The notes under the pieces are model-generated. The model was not told where the DNA came from, did no database searches, and was given only the letters and a program-made list of their open reading frames with translations. This document shows positions 23,124-36,099 of a DNA stretch of 64,000 nucleotides, piece after piece (positions within the stretch are counted from its first letter, which is position 1; every line of letters begins with the position of its first letter). Position numbers and translations under genes: made by a program. This DNA is from Basidiobolus meristosporus CBS 931.73 (lineage: Eukaryota; Fungi; Basidiobolomycota). The stretch lies in NCBI GenBank assembly GCA_002104905.1, contig MCFE01000508.1, forward strand, positions 950 through 64,949. Reading direction: 5' to 3'.

Positions 23124-26100
23124 TTGTACTTGAATGGAGTAATCAATGGAGTACCTGCCAAGATCATGATTGACTCAGGAGCATCGCATGAGTACATGTC
23201 AGAGCAATTTGCTTTGAAAGCTGGAATCAACTTGGAACCTACCAAATCAACTTCAGTCTCCACAGCTGATGGGAACTCCCACATAATCAACTGTATTACC
23301 CAGCCAGTAAGAATGAAGATCAATGACTATGAAGAAGACCTACAGGCTTATATATTTGGGAACTGCAAATTTGACCTTGTACTTGGAGAAACCTGGCTAT
23401 TTTGTTGTAATCCATCAATCAACTGGAGAACCCATGCAACTCAGATCCAAAAGACAACAAGACCTATGAGCTATTACCTGCCAGGCTGGATTTCAACTTG
23501 GTCAATTCCAGTGTGTGTGAGACAAGTGAACTTAGCAAGACCCAGTACTGTAGAGCACTTAGAAAAGGTACCCAGATGTTCCCCATGGCTGTATTACAGG
23601 AGGATTCTGCGGCCCCAGCACCCCAGCAGGTCCAGACTCTCTTGAAGAAATATATGGACGTGTTTCCAGATAAGCTTGTAAGCCTACCACCAGTCAGAGA
23701 CATGGATCATGCCATTGACACAGGTGATAGCCCTCCAGTGAGCAAGACACCTTATAGAATGAGTCCATTGGAATTGGAGGAAATGAAGTGACAAATTGAT
23801 CAGCTATTGGAGCAAGGATACATCAGGCCCAGCAAGTCCCTCTGGGGAGCACCAGTGCTTTTTGTGAAAAAGAAGGATGGAACACTTAGGATGTGCATTG
23901 ACTACAGAGCCCTGAACTCAGTTACCGTCAAGAATAAGTACACCATACCTTGGACTGATGAGCTTTTGGACCAACTTAATGGAGCCACTATTTTCAGCAA
24001 GATTGACCTCATGTCAGGATACAACCAGATTAGGGTGAAACCAGAAGATATCCCTAAGACAGCATTCAGGACCAGATATGGACATTACAAGTACTTAGTC
24101 ATGAGTTTTGGCCTCACTAATGCCCCTGCTACATTCATGATGCTGATGCAGACTGTCTTTCAGGAGTACTTAAACAAGTTTGTTATAATCTACCTAGATG
24201 ATATACTGTTATACAGCAAGACAGAAGAGGATCACTTGGCGCACATTGAAAAGGTCTTGAAGAAGCTAAGAGAGAACAAGCTTTATGCAAGCTTGCCAAG
24301 TGTGAATTCTTCAAGGAACATGTAGAATACCTGGGACACAAAGTGACTATCACAGGAGTAACCTTAGACCCAAAGAAGGTAGAAGTAATCAAGAATCTGA
24401 AACAGCCCCATAGCATATCAGAGCTCAGATCATTCCTTGGAATGGTTTCCTATAATCAGAGATTTGTCAAGTCTTTTGAAAGTATTGCAGCCCCTTTAAC
24501 TGATATCCTCAAGAAAGACAATACCTACAAGTGGGACATAGCTTGTGAGACTGCCTTCCAGACACTCAAGAATGAACTTGCTAAGCTGCCAAGCTTAAGA
24601 ATACCAGACTTCAGAAAAGAGTTCACTCTGTGCATAGATGCTTCAGATTATGCAATTGGTGGAGTGCTGAGCCAAGAACACAAGGGAAAGGACTACCCAG
24701 TTGCCTTTGAATCCAAAAAAAACTGAACTCAGCAGAACAAAACTATCCAGTCCATGAGAAGGAGATGTTTGCTATAATACACTGTTTGAAGACATGGAGA
24801 TGCTATATTGAAGGAGTCAAATGCACTGTGAAGACTGATCATGCCTCCCTCAAGTATACATTTACTCAGAAGGTACTCTCTAGAAGAATGACAAGAGGGA
24901 GTGAATACATTCAGCAATTTGACCTGGAGACTGTCTACTGCCCTGGAAAAAACAACACGCTTGCTGACGCCTTATCAAGAATGGATCAAGTTGCACAACT
25001 CAACTTGGTGCATGAATCAGATTGGCCTAGCCTATTACCAAAGTACTTGGAGAACCAAGCCATTCCTAATGAGGTGGATGAAGATATCAAGAAGATAATC
25101 CAGGATGAAGCCAGCAAATTTGTAGTACAGGATGAAACACTCTACCAAATTGTTGATGGAAGCCCTATTGCCTATTGTCCTTATGTTGCTCACCTGGATT
25201 TAATACGTAAACTACACAATGGATATGGATATCCTGGGATTGAAGGAACCTATAGCCTTGTGAAAGCCAGAGCATGGTGGCCCAGAATGATACAAGATAT
25301 TGAGAAGCTAGTGAAAACATGCCCAAACTGCCAAATCAATCAAGGCCAGCCACAAAGAATTGCCAAACTCTTTCCTTTTGAGCCTGTAAGACCATTTGAG
25401 AGATGGGGAATTGACTTTATTGGAAGACTGCCAACTACCAGGAAATGCAACTGTTGGATCCTAGTAGCAATTGACCATGCCACTAAATGGCCAGTTGCTA
25501 AAGCTGTACCAATAGCCAGTGAACAAGAAGTTGCAAGTTTCATTTACCATGAGATCCTGATGAACTTTGGATGCCCCATGGAGATCTTATCCAATAGAGG
25601 TGCAAACTTTATGGCAAAGATATTAGAGGCTCACCTGGAAATGCAGCAGATCAGACACTTGAAAACCTTGGCATATCACCCCAGAACTAATGGAGTCACT
25701 GAGTGGTTTAATGGATTATTTGGAAAAATGCTCACCAAGTATGCAAATGGAGTTGTTGGTAGATGGGATGAGTATATAGACCAAGCACTCTTTGCATGCG
25801 GAGTCAGAGTACACAACACCACCCAGCAATCACCATTTTACTTAGTGTATGGATGTGAAACAAGGATTCCAGGAGATCTCACACAACCCAAGCTTACAGA
25901 TGCCTTAGAAGATGAACTTAGTCAGCCAAGTAGACACCAGCAACTGGAACAAAGACGTCAAGAGACACAGACCAAAATATCTGAAAGTGCAGAAAAGATG
26001 AAGCAGAGATTTGATAAGACTATAGCACCAGAAGCATTGACAGTTGGGAACTTTGTATTGCTAAGAAACAACACTTGGAAGAAGTTTGAGCCACAATGGA

Positions 26101-26279
26101 CAGGACCATTCAAGATCATCAGAGAATGTCCATTTGCAACTTACCAACTGGTGGACAAACAAGGCAATATCTGGGAAGACTTAGTGCATAGGGACAGACT
26201 CAAGCTTGCTGATAATACTGAACCATCAAGATATTGGTATCACAAGAAAAGAGATTCAGGAGAACCCTCTCAACTTTAG
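23124..26279 (+). pseudogene. pol: Pol (protease, RT, RNase H, integrase) with a few frameshifts; no chromodomain
   Basis: MIDSGAS, YLDDIL, IDASDYAIGGVL, H-x6-G...C-x2-C, WGIDFIG and GPF motifs. Confidence 0.95.
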
Positions 26280-26657
26280 TAGGGGAGAATATTATGATCT
26301 GCCGCTTGAATGTTTAAGTTAGATCAGTTTTTAGTCAAATCAATTAGTATATGTTTAGGTTATCAGTATATCAGTATTATCTATGAAATCAGTAGCATTA
26401 GTCAGCAAATGAATCAGCAGATCCTTATCAGACAGAAATAGATATATTAAGTAGGATCTTATTGGGTGATGATGATGCAATTGAATGAGTCATCAGCCAC
26501 AACCTACATTAGGAAATACAATCAGTCAGCAATTGATCTGGCAAAATGAATATAAGGAGCTGCTGGAACTTCAAGAAATATCAGTTCAATTTTTAATGAA
26601 TACAATACTAGCTAAACTCCCTGTTCCTCTACAACTCTTTTACCAAGACTTGTAACA

Positions 26658-29341
26658 TTGGTAGCAGCAATGACCAAAAACCTCCCTACTGAAGAAAGAA
26701 GAAGCCTCCCTCAAGATGCCCAAAAATCAAGAATGGAAGAATGCTATGCAACAAATCTTGGCCCTGCAGCAACAAGGAATGACTACCTTGGCCCAGAGCA
26801 AGCAAAACCCTGTCAAGAGCAATTTCAGTGCTAAGGTCAACGGGTGCCATGGTAGAGTCAATGAAATCCTGGAAACTTGGCTTTTCCAGATTGAAGAAGC
26901 CTTTAAGGCTAAGAGAATTGCTCCAGAAAGCAAGTTACATTATGCAGCTTCTTACCTGGCAGGTGCAGCTGAAGTAAGGATATATCAGACCCAGCAAGTC
27001 ACCTTGGGGAGCACCAGTACTATTTGTGAAGAAGAAGGATGGAACACTTAGAATGTGCATTGACTACAAAGCCCTCAGCTCAGTCACTGTGAATAACAAG
27101 TACCCCATACCTTAGATGGATGAGCTTTTGGACTGACTCAATGGAGCCATTATACCCAGCATGGATGACCTCATGCCAGGATACAACCAGATTAGGGTGA
27201 AGCCAGAAGACATCCCTAAGACAGCATTCAGGACCAGATATGGACATTACAAGTACTTTGTCATGAGTATTGGCCTCACCAATGCCCCTGCAACATTCAT
27301 GACCCTGATGCAGACTGTCATCCAGGAGTACTAAGACAAGTTTGTGATAATTTGCGTAGATGATATATTGATATATAGCAAGACAGAAGAGGATCACTTG
27401 GTGCACAATGAAAAGGTCTTGAAGACGCTAAGAGAGAACAAGCTCTATGGCAAGCTACCTAAGTGTGAATTTTTCAAGGAACACATTGAATATCTGGGAT
27501 ACATAGTGACTGGCACAAGAGTAGCCATAGACTCCAAGAAGGTTGAAGTTATCAAGAATATGAATCAGCCCCATTGTATAGCAGCACTTTGATCATTCCT
27601 TGGAATGATCTCCTATTATCAGAGATCTGTCAAGTCCTTTGCAAGTATTGCAGCCCCTTTAACTGATATCCTCAAGAAAAACAATACCTACAAGCTGGAC
27701 ATAGCATGTGAGACTGCCTGTCAGATGCTCAAGAAAGAACCTGCTCAGCTACCAAGCTTAAGAGTCCCAGACTTCAGAAAATAGTTTACTGCAGGCTCAG
27801 ATGCTTCAGACTATGCAATTGGTGGAGTGCTGAGCCAAGAACATGAGGGAAAAGACTAACCAGTTGCCTTTGTATCCAAGAAACCAAACTCAGCAGATCA
27901 AAACTATCCAATGCATGAGAAAAAGATGCATGCTATAATAAACTGCTTGAAGACCTGTAGATTCTATATTGAAGGAGTCAAATGCTCTATAAAGACTGAT
28001 CATGCCTCCCTCAAGTATATATTTACTCTGAAGGTTTTCTTTAGAAAAATGACAAGATGGATTGAATACATTAAGAAATTTGATATGAAGATTGTCTGCT
28101 GCCCTGGGAAAAACAACACTGTTGCTGATGCCTTGTCAAGATTAGAACAAGTTGCACAACTCAACTTGGTGCATGAGTCATATTGGCTTAGCCTATTACC
28201 AAAGTACTTGGAGGACCAATCCATCCCCAATAAGGTGGAAGCAGAGATCAAAAAGATAATCCAGGATGAAGCCAGCAAATTTGTGGAACAGGATGAAACA
28301 CTCTACCAAATTGTTGATGGAAGCCCTATTGCCTATTGCCCTTATGTTTCTTGCCTGGATTTAATACTCAAGCTACAAAATGGATATGAACATCTTGGGA
28401 CTGAAAGAACCTATAGCCTTGTGAAAGCCAGAGCATAGTGGCCCCAAATGAAACAAGATATTGAGAAGCTAGTGAAAACCTGCCCAAACTGCCAAATCAA
28501 TCAACACCAGCTACAAAGAATTGCCATACTTTTTCCCTTGGAGCCAGTAAGACCACTTGAAAGACGTGGGATTGACTTTATTGGAAGACAGCTAAGACCA
28601 GGAAAAGCAACTGTTGGATCCTAGTAGCAATTAACCATGCCACCAAATGGCCAGTTGCTAATGCTGTACCTATAGCCAGTGAGCAAAAAGTTTCAAATTT
28701 CATCTACCATGCAATCCTTATGAAGTTTGGATGCCCTGTAGAGATTCTAACACATAGAGGAGCAAACTTGATGGCAATGACACAAGAAGCTTACCTGGAA
28801 ATGCAGCACATCAGACACCTGAAACCTTGGCATATCATCATAGAGCTGATGGAGTCACTGAGCAGTTTAATTGATATTTGAGAAAATCCTGACCAAGTAT
28901 GCAAATAGAGCTGTCAGTAGATGGGATGAGTATATAGATAAAGCACTTTTTGCATGCAGAGTTAGAGTATACAACACTACTAAGCAATCATCATTTTACT
29001 TTGTGTATGAATACTTAGACAACTCAATTAGTTTTATGGTTTGCCTATCAGTACATCAGCGCTATCTATCAAATCAGTATTGTTAGTCAGTAAATGAATA
29101 AGTGGATCCTTATCAGACAGAAATAGATATATTAAGTAGGACCTTGTTTGGTGATGACAATGCAATCAAATTAGTCATCAGCCACAACCTACATCAGGAA
29201 ATACAATAAGTCAGCAATTGATCTGGCAAAATGTATATAAGGAGCTGCTAGGACCTCATAAAAATCAGTCCAAGTTTTAGTCAATACAATACTAGCTAAA
29301 CTCCCTATTCCTCTACAACTCTTATGCCAAGACTTATCACA
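26658..29341 (+). mobile_element. Second, internally deleted family G unit in tandem, sharing LTR 26290-26657
   Basis: A PBS and gag start follow the shared LTR. Gag joins RT at about 26972, and integrase joins a partial LTR (about 29015-29341, ending TTATCACA). Confidence 0.88.
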
Positions 29342-29344
29342 TTA

Positions 29345-29880
29345 TTAAATGAGATTAATAGAGGAGCCATGGCTCAAACCAGTAGCTCCTCCAAGGCAAT
29401 GATAAGCAGGCACAAAAGCCTCAAACAAGCAGCAAAGGAACATTAGTTAGCCAGAAGTGTGCCAATAAGGAAGAAGTAGGCAAAAACTGATGCACTAGCA
29501 GAGCATCCACTCAGGATGAAGCATAGTTGCATTCAAGAAGCACTTAATCAATGCTGCAGTGAAGGAACTGGCAGTGATAGACTGGAGGCTTCTATAGGTG
29601 CCTATCCTGGTCTAGGCTCAAAGCTCAGACAAGCAGTATAGATACATCAGGTTGACAGACCAGTGCTGGTAGGGAATAAACAGACAGAAAAGGATACACC
29701 AGTGCAGTATTCCTTGATGAGCAAGTATAATTCAATCCAGGAAGTAATCAGTCTAAGTGGTAATGAAAGAAATGGCAGTGATGAAGGAAAAGATGAAGGG
29801 AAAAGTCTAGCCATGCCAGAGAAAGGGAAGTGTGGGCAAAAAGTGGCAGATTCCTTCAATTTGGATCTCACAAGTAGTCT
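29345..29880 (+). pseudogene. Fragment related to ORF2 of the CACTA-like family; ends approximate
   Basis: CAAGAAGCACTTAATCAA...GGCAGTGAT blocks match the repeats at 35050, 46955 and 53210. Confidence 0.55.
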
Positions 29881-31250
29881 ACCATAATGCTAGTAGCTTG
29901 TAGTCAATGACCCTATGTACACTCTTATGATGGGATTGTGATAGTGCTTTGCTAATTTTACTGCCAAATAGAGGTAAGTACTCGACAGTGTTTAAGCAAT
30001 CTTTTGACAAGATTAGCATGGCATTCCAATAGTCTTGATGCACTATATTATTGAGTTGACCTAACCGTCCGGTATATCCCATTATACAATATTGCAACAA
30101 ACTTGACAGTGTTTTCAATGCCCTCATAGCAAACCTCTGCTGGCATAATGAAGGCAGTATGGTGGCCTACATCTAGTTGTCTAAATGTTACTGTACCAAT
30201 TTACAAATGCCATTTTCTTTCTCTACCACCTTTTGCTCCATTGATACTGCCACTATGGTTCACTCCTCTTTATTTGCTTATCCATTACAACCTTGGGTAT
30301 TCTACATGTAGTTCAAATCAAAGCACACTATGGCCCTTGCAAACTATTGTCTACATGCATACACACCTGCTACTAACCAAACACTTCTGTCACCTCAACT
30401 TTTAAGCTTTTCAGAGTGGTACTTGCAAAGCTGCCATGTATGTTGTACTGCTGGTAGAGTATACATTGTACAAACATATGCTTGGTTGCTGCCACTTATG
30501 CAATGAGTACCCCTGAGCATCCTTAACAAACATCTTGGCATTTGGCCAGTGTGTTCCTTTCCCAGCTTGATTCTAGTCCCTCTTGTAGGTGTGTTCTGGC
30601 TCTTGTTTGTGTGAATTTCATATTGAATGGTGTGGAAGCTGTCATGTTACCAAGAGAAACACAAAACACTTTGATAAGTTGTGCCAACAGAAATTAGCAG
30701 ATTGTTGCGCCCAACCTATCTTTGCATTACTAAGGTGATTACCCATGCATTGGGGCTTCTTAGCTTCCCAGTGCCATAGGCATTGATGTCTCCATGGAGA
30801 CATCTGTCCTTAGTATTTTTCAACTCTTCCTGGCTGTCCTCCATGTGGTAACTCTTTGCCACTCTGACAGACTGGAAGGTAACATTCCTGATGAGATTGG
30901 GATATGATGGTAACTACAACTTTACTAGTCTTCCTCTCTCCTTGCACATTTGCTCCATAGGAATTCCCAGGAGATGAGGCAAGGCCCAGTTTTCTATACA
31001 CACCCAGCAAGATGGAGTAGAGAATGTGTACAGTAGCAGTAGAGATCTGTGCATTCAGCTTTATGCCTATAGCTCAGCGGCTTACATTCCATTACAAACT
31101 ACCTGCGTAATGGCAGTAGATGCATCAAGCTTGCATTGGTGATCTGCTATTGGATAAGTTTTCCTACAATCTAAGCATTTGGCTCCAAAGGCCTCCAATG
31201 TCTATGTACACTATAGCTATTCTAAATGGATCTAAATAACCAGAACATCC
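29880..31250 (-). pseudogene. CACTA transposase C-terminal fragment; ends approximate
   Basis: Reverse-complement homology to 895-1746 and 2818-2950. Confidence 0.65.
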
Positions 31251-33938
31251 TGCTGCCTTGTATGGCACAAAACTTGACAGTGTTTCAATGGCTTCATTGT
31301 GGGTCTCTAATGGCAGTATTACTGTGGTATAGTGGACTACAGCTAGAACTGTAAAATACCCCTACACCAACTCACCAAATGATATTTCCTTTTTCTACCA
31401 CCCCTTGTGCAATTCATATATTCCACTGTAGAATCACCCCTCTGTATTGTGCCACCCAATACTATCTTGGGTATTCCACATATAGCTTGAATCAAAAAAT
31501 ACTATGGCCCCTTGCTTACTTACCTCTTCAGACATGTACACCTGCCACAATTGACATACCTCTATAACTTCAACTTTACAGCTTTTTAGTGTAAATACTT
31601 GCAAAGTTGCCATATACCTTGGACTACTTGTAACACAAACATCTTGCAAACATACTCTTAGTTGCTGCCACTTCTGCCATGAGTCTCTCTCAAATTTTTC
31701 CACAAACTTTTTGATATTTAGCCAATATATTCCTTCTTCCTGCTGGATTCTGTTCTCCCTTGTAGGTGTGCTCTGGCTCTTGTGTGTGTGAATGGTGTAT
31801 TGAATGGTGTAGAAACTGACTTATGAACCAGAGAAACCTAGCGTATTTTGGTAGAGTTTCCTAATAAAAAATAGTTGCTTTTTGCACCCAGCCTAACTGT
31901 GTATTACTCAACTGATTACCCATGCATTGGTGCTGCTTATCTTCTTAATCCCAAGAGCATAGGTATCTCCTTGTAAACATCTGTCCTCAGTATTTGCCAA
32001 CCCTTCCTGACTGTCCTCTATTTGTGAACTCATTGTATCAATGATGGACTCAAAGGTAATGTTCCTGATGAGAGAGTGATACAGTAGTACCTGCAGCTTG
32101 AATTCTCTTCCTCTCCCCCTACACATCTACTTGATGAGAAACTCCCAAAGTGTGAAGCATGGCCCAATGCTCTCCACCCACCAAGCAAGATCAAGTAGAG
32201 AATGGGTACTGTAAGAGCAGAGATCTATGCAATCAGATTTATGGTTGTAGTTAAGACGCTCAAGTCCCATCACAATTTCCATGCACAGCAGCTGTAGATG
32301 CGCCATGCTGGCACAGGTGATCCACTTCTGGAAAAAAACTCCCAGAGTATCCACCTATGTAGCTCAATGCTTCCAATGTACTCTTGGTGGAAATGGCTTC
32401 AGAATGCCACTTGACTAAATACATATCAAGTTCATCTAGTCTTTGAATTTGTATTGTTGCATATGTGTATAAACATTGATTGCAGCCCAGGCAAAGTACT
32501 TAGGATAACAAATACCTTGGAATATTGTGCCCATACTTTCAAATTTCTCAGGTATCTCAAATGGTGCATTTAGCTTGTAATGCCCAATGTGCAACTTGGT
32601 CATAGGTAGAGGGATATTGTTCAACAGTGAATGCATTGCTTTCAATAGTAAGCTTTTGCTCCTGCAGATACCTGCTATCTTGAGTATCTCTAGTTTCCAT
32701 CTGATTTCATATTCTGGCCAATGGCTTACAGCTTGCCTGCATTGCTGCAATTGCATGCTGACTTCTGTCCATTCTCTTGGTGGGAGGATGATGTTCTTAG
32801 TGCTGGTGTTTGGGTAATAATATTGTGTGTGTGTTATGGAGTGAACACCCTGGATCTCAGACACTTGAAAGCAACATTGTCCATTGTGCCAGAATGGCCG
32901 GCTATCTTGCTGATGGTAGGGGTATCTCCAATGCAGATAATAATATGCACTTTAACATGATGGCCATTAACTATTATTCCGCAGGAAAGCATGCAAAATT
33001 CATTCAGCAATGGATACAGGTAACTATCTAGGTTGGGCAGGCATTTGTGCCCAAAGACTAGTGAGACTACCATCAGATTTTTGCTCAGATACCAAAAGAT
33101 AGACATTGGCATCAGGTCAATGAGAATCAGTGGGAAGCAGGATTTGTTGGTAGTGCAACTATTAACATATGCTGGTATCAGGAGAGTCTCTGGGTCTAAT
33201 GTTGCCAGCCACATGATGGTTGTCTACTTGTACCATTTACAAGGAAAGTTGCATCCCAGACTGATTTTGGCAAGAAGTAATTGTAAATTCTCAAAGCCTC
33301 CATGCCTAATATAAATAGAAATTTGCCACTTGTGTAGCATAACATCATGTTACTCATCAGAAAATGAGTTACTGGGCTCACTTGGCTCCATAGGGTATCC
33401 TTGGAATTTGTTTTAATGGATTTTGTCTCATTGCATACTGTGATTGTACTAGGCTCATGCAGGGTACAGTTGTTGGGGGAGATAGCTCACAACTCATCAA
33501 TGAGCCTTCTTTGTCAGAGTCATCACTTTGTCTGCCATATTCAGAAGGCTGCAGTGAGCCTAAATGTATCACAAACTCACATGAATTGGCTTATGCACAG
33601 TGTCAAGTATGGCCAGGTGCCAATATGGAAGCATCAACTGGCTGGCAAGATGTAATTGGTACAGTAGTGACTAATAAATGGTCAAATATGAATTGTGTGA
33701 CAAAACACTAGCCATGATCTGTGTAATGCTTCCAATGCTGTTTGCATGCATAATGGCTGAGAGGCTGGCTACTTTGGCCACATGGTCTTTTTTCTCTGCT
33801 CTTGCAGCATGGAAACAAAGTAGCTTTTTACATGAGGCAAACAGTTTGCCTTCAAGCACATGGTACTGTTATATCACTTTTTGGGCAACACTCATGTAAA
33901 TTTATGCCAGTTTTGTATATAAGACATTGCACCTACAT
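31250..33938 (-). pseudogene. Transposase_21 (tnp2)-like CACTA transposase; left end approximate
   Basis: SCFPLILIDL...LDSYLYPLLNE...HIIICIGDTPTISKIAGHSG and C-x2-C...IQG motifs. Inferred start ATG at 33938. Confidence 0.8.
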
Positions 33939-34054
33939 GAATGTAAGATTCAATGATGGCCCACCATGGTAAGCATTTCAAATAAAGTTGTGTCACCACA
34001 TATACACTTATACATACTACTATATTGCCTTTGGTTTGACTTGCTGATATATAT

Positions 34055-35720
34055 ATGCCACCAAAAAATAAAGCAAAGCTGTCTGATTTGCAACAAAACC
34101 CCACTGCTGGTGGTACCAGAAGAACAGTTGGACAACAGCCTGCTTTGACATTCAGTGCAACAAGCAGGGCTACATCTGACAAAGGACATATTGACAGTGT
34201 GTCTGTGGAAGGTAATAATGGGGACCTCTCAGGCTCTCAGACATCTAGGTCATTATGAATCTCTGTAGGGATGCAAGCAGACCATCATGCTAAGGTAGAT
34301 GAGAATGTTGCAAATGTAATACCTTTGGCTGAAGTCCAGCAAGTTGCTGTTATAACAACACCTTTACCTGTATAAGCAAGTATTCTTTCAGCTCTTACTA
34401 AGGCATTGTTGAGGCAATTAGATGCAGTGGCTGACAAAATAGACTTAATGGCTGACGGGATAGATGCAATGACCTAGAGAATCTAGGAAATAGTCAACAA
34501 GCATATGAGCAAGTAAAATGTGTAGAGCAATCAATATTGCTGGTAGTAAACACAATCTCTGTGCTGCAAAGAAGGAACCCAGGTAGTGCAAAGCCATAGC
34601 CAGGAACTGAGCCATTTCTCAACTTAACAGTACAGGTATAATCTATAGTCTTTGAAGCACAGCAAGGGTGCCAATAAACAATGCGCACAGAAAAACCTAT
34701 TGCAGCATGGGATGGAAGCTTGTGGTATTTATAGCCATGCCTGAATGTTAAAAGACATTAAAGATGCAAGAAGCTTCTGAATGCAATGATATAGGGTGGG
34801 CTCATAATCCAGAGGCCTAAGATATCTAGCACACCATCACCTTAAGGCTAGCATACCATAGGACTATCAGGAACTCAAGGCCAGGTAAAATGCACTTTAT
34901 CTGTTCCACAAGCATTATCCTGGATTCAAATGAGCAAGCAGATCTTAGGTCAATATTGATGTGCTAAGAGAATACCAAAATAATAGTAGAAAATATCTAA
35001 GGCAGACAAACAAGGGTCCCATAGCTAAAAGTCTGCAGCATACTCAGTACAAGAAGCACTCAGACAAAGCTGCAGTGAAAGGCCTAGTGGTGATAAAGAA
35101 AAAGCAAAAGGAAAAATATTGACCCAAGCCAGAGCCAGGGAAAGATAAGAAACAAGCCGTAGTTCTTGCTAATTAGTGCCATAAGCCCAGAACAGGCTGA
35201 ATCCTATTGTAGCCTAGAGGAATACCAAGAAGACAAAAGTAGCCTTCTCAGGAAGTGCAGCTAATAGAGCTACACACTAGTGAGGTGGATGAGCTTGCAG
35301 AGATGGGCAATTTGTCTACCACAGCCTCCACATCCTTCATTGTAGACATAGCAGAGATCCCACTGAAGCACAAAGCAACAATGCCAACAACTCAAATGAC
35401 TACCACAATCCTTAGAGTGGAACTTGGAACATTAATATGCGTACCAAGAGGTTGCAGCAATTCTTCAAGAGCAGTTCTTAAGAAAACACACTTGAATATT
35501 AGAGGGATCTATTGCAATGATTGGTAGATGAGATGCTAGACCTGCAGTGACACCTGACAACCTGGACATGGGAACCAGTGAATGAGAAATGGCATAAAGC
35601 CATAGGAATCCCACCAAAGTCATTGAAAAGAGGTATTTTGGCAGGAACACTTATTGAATGGTGGATTTTAGAAGAGATGCATGTTGAAAGCAAAATTGGG
35701 CTTGATGATAGTGCTGTGTA
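34055..35720 (+). pseudogene. ORF2 of the CACTA-like element, function unknown; right end approximate
   Basis: MPPKNKAKL start is conserved at 45856 and 52098. It has a heptad-like segment and repeated QEALSQ...GSDK blocks. Confidence 0.6.
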
Positions 35721-36099
35721 TGGGTAGTTATGAAGGTCAGTTCAAGTAGCATTCAAGTTACAACTGAGGATTGAAAAGAAATAAACCAGGTCTTATGTAT
35801 GGAAAGCTAAAGCATTATTTGAGTCAGGAAGTAAAGAGGGTGAAGATGAGGCAATAGTAACTCATTATTCAAAAGTATACAAGATGATCTAGTGTCTGCA
35901 ACAAGGAAGTCAGAGAAGTGGAAGAGAAAAAATCAAAAGCCACTTCTGTATCTTAATTTAACTTTTGACCCGATGTCTTGTGAAATCTGAGGTACAGTGT
36001 TTGTTAGTGGTCTTTGCGTAGTGTCCTCACAGCATCAGTACCTCTTTGTCACAGGATTTAAATTTCGTGACAGCCTTTGGATATAATCCTCAAAATGAA

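Larger units (their letters stand above)
21699..26657 (+). mobile_element. Near full-length Ty3/gypsy element (family G, 368-bp LTRs)
   Basis: LTRs at 21699-22066 and 26290-26657, PBS-like TTGGTAGCAGC at 22067, PPT AGTAGGGGAGAA before 26290. Confidence 0.95.
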
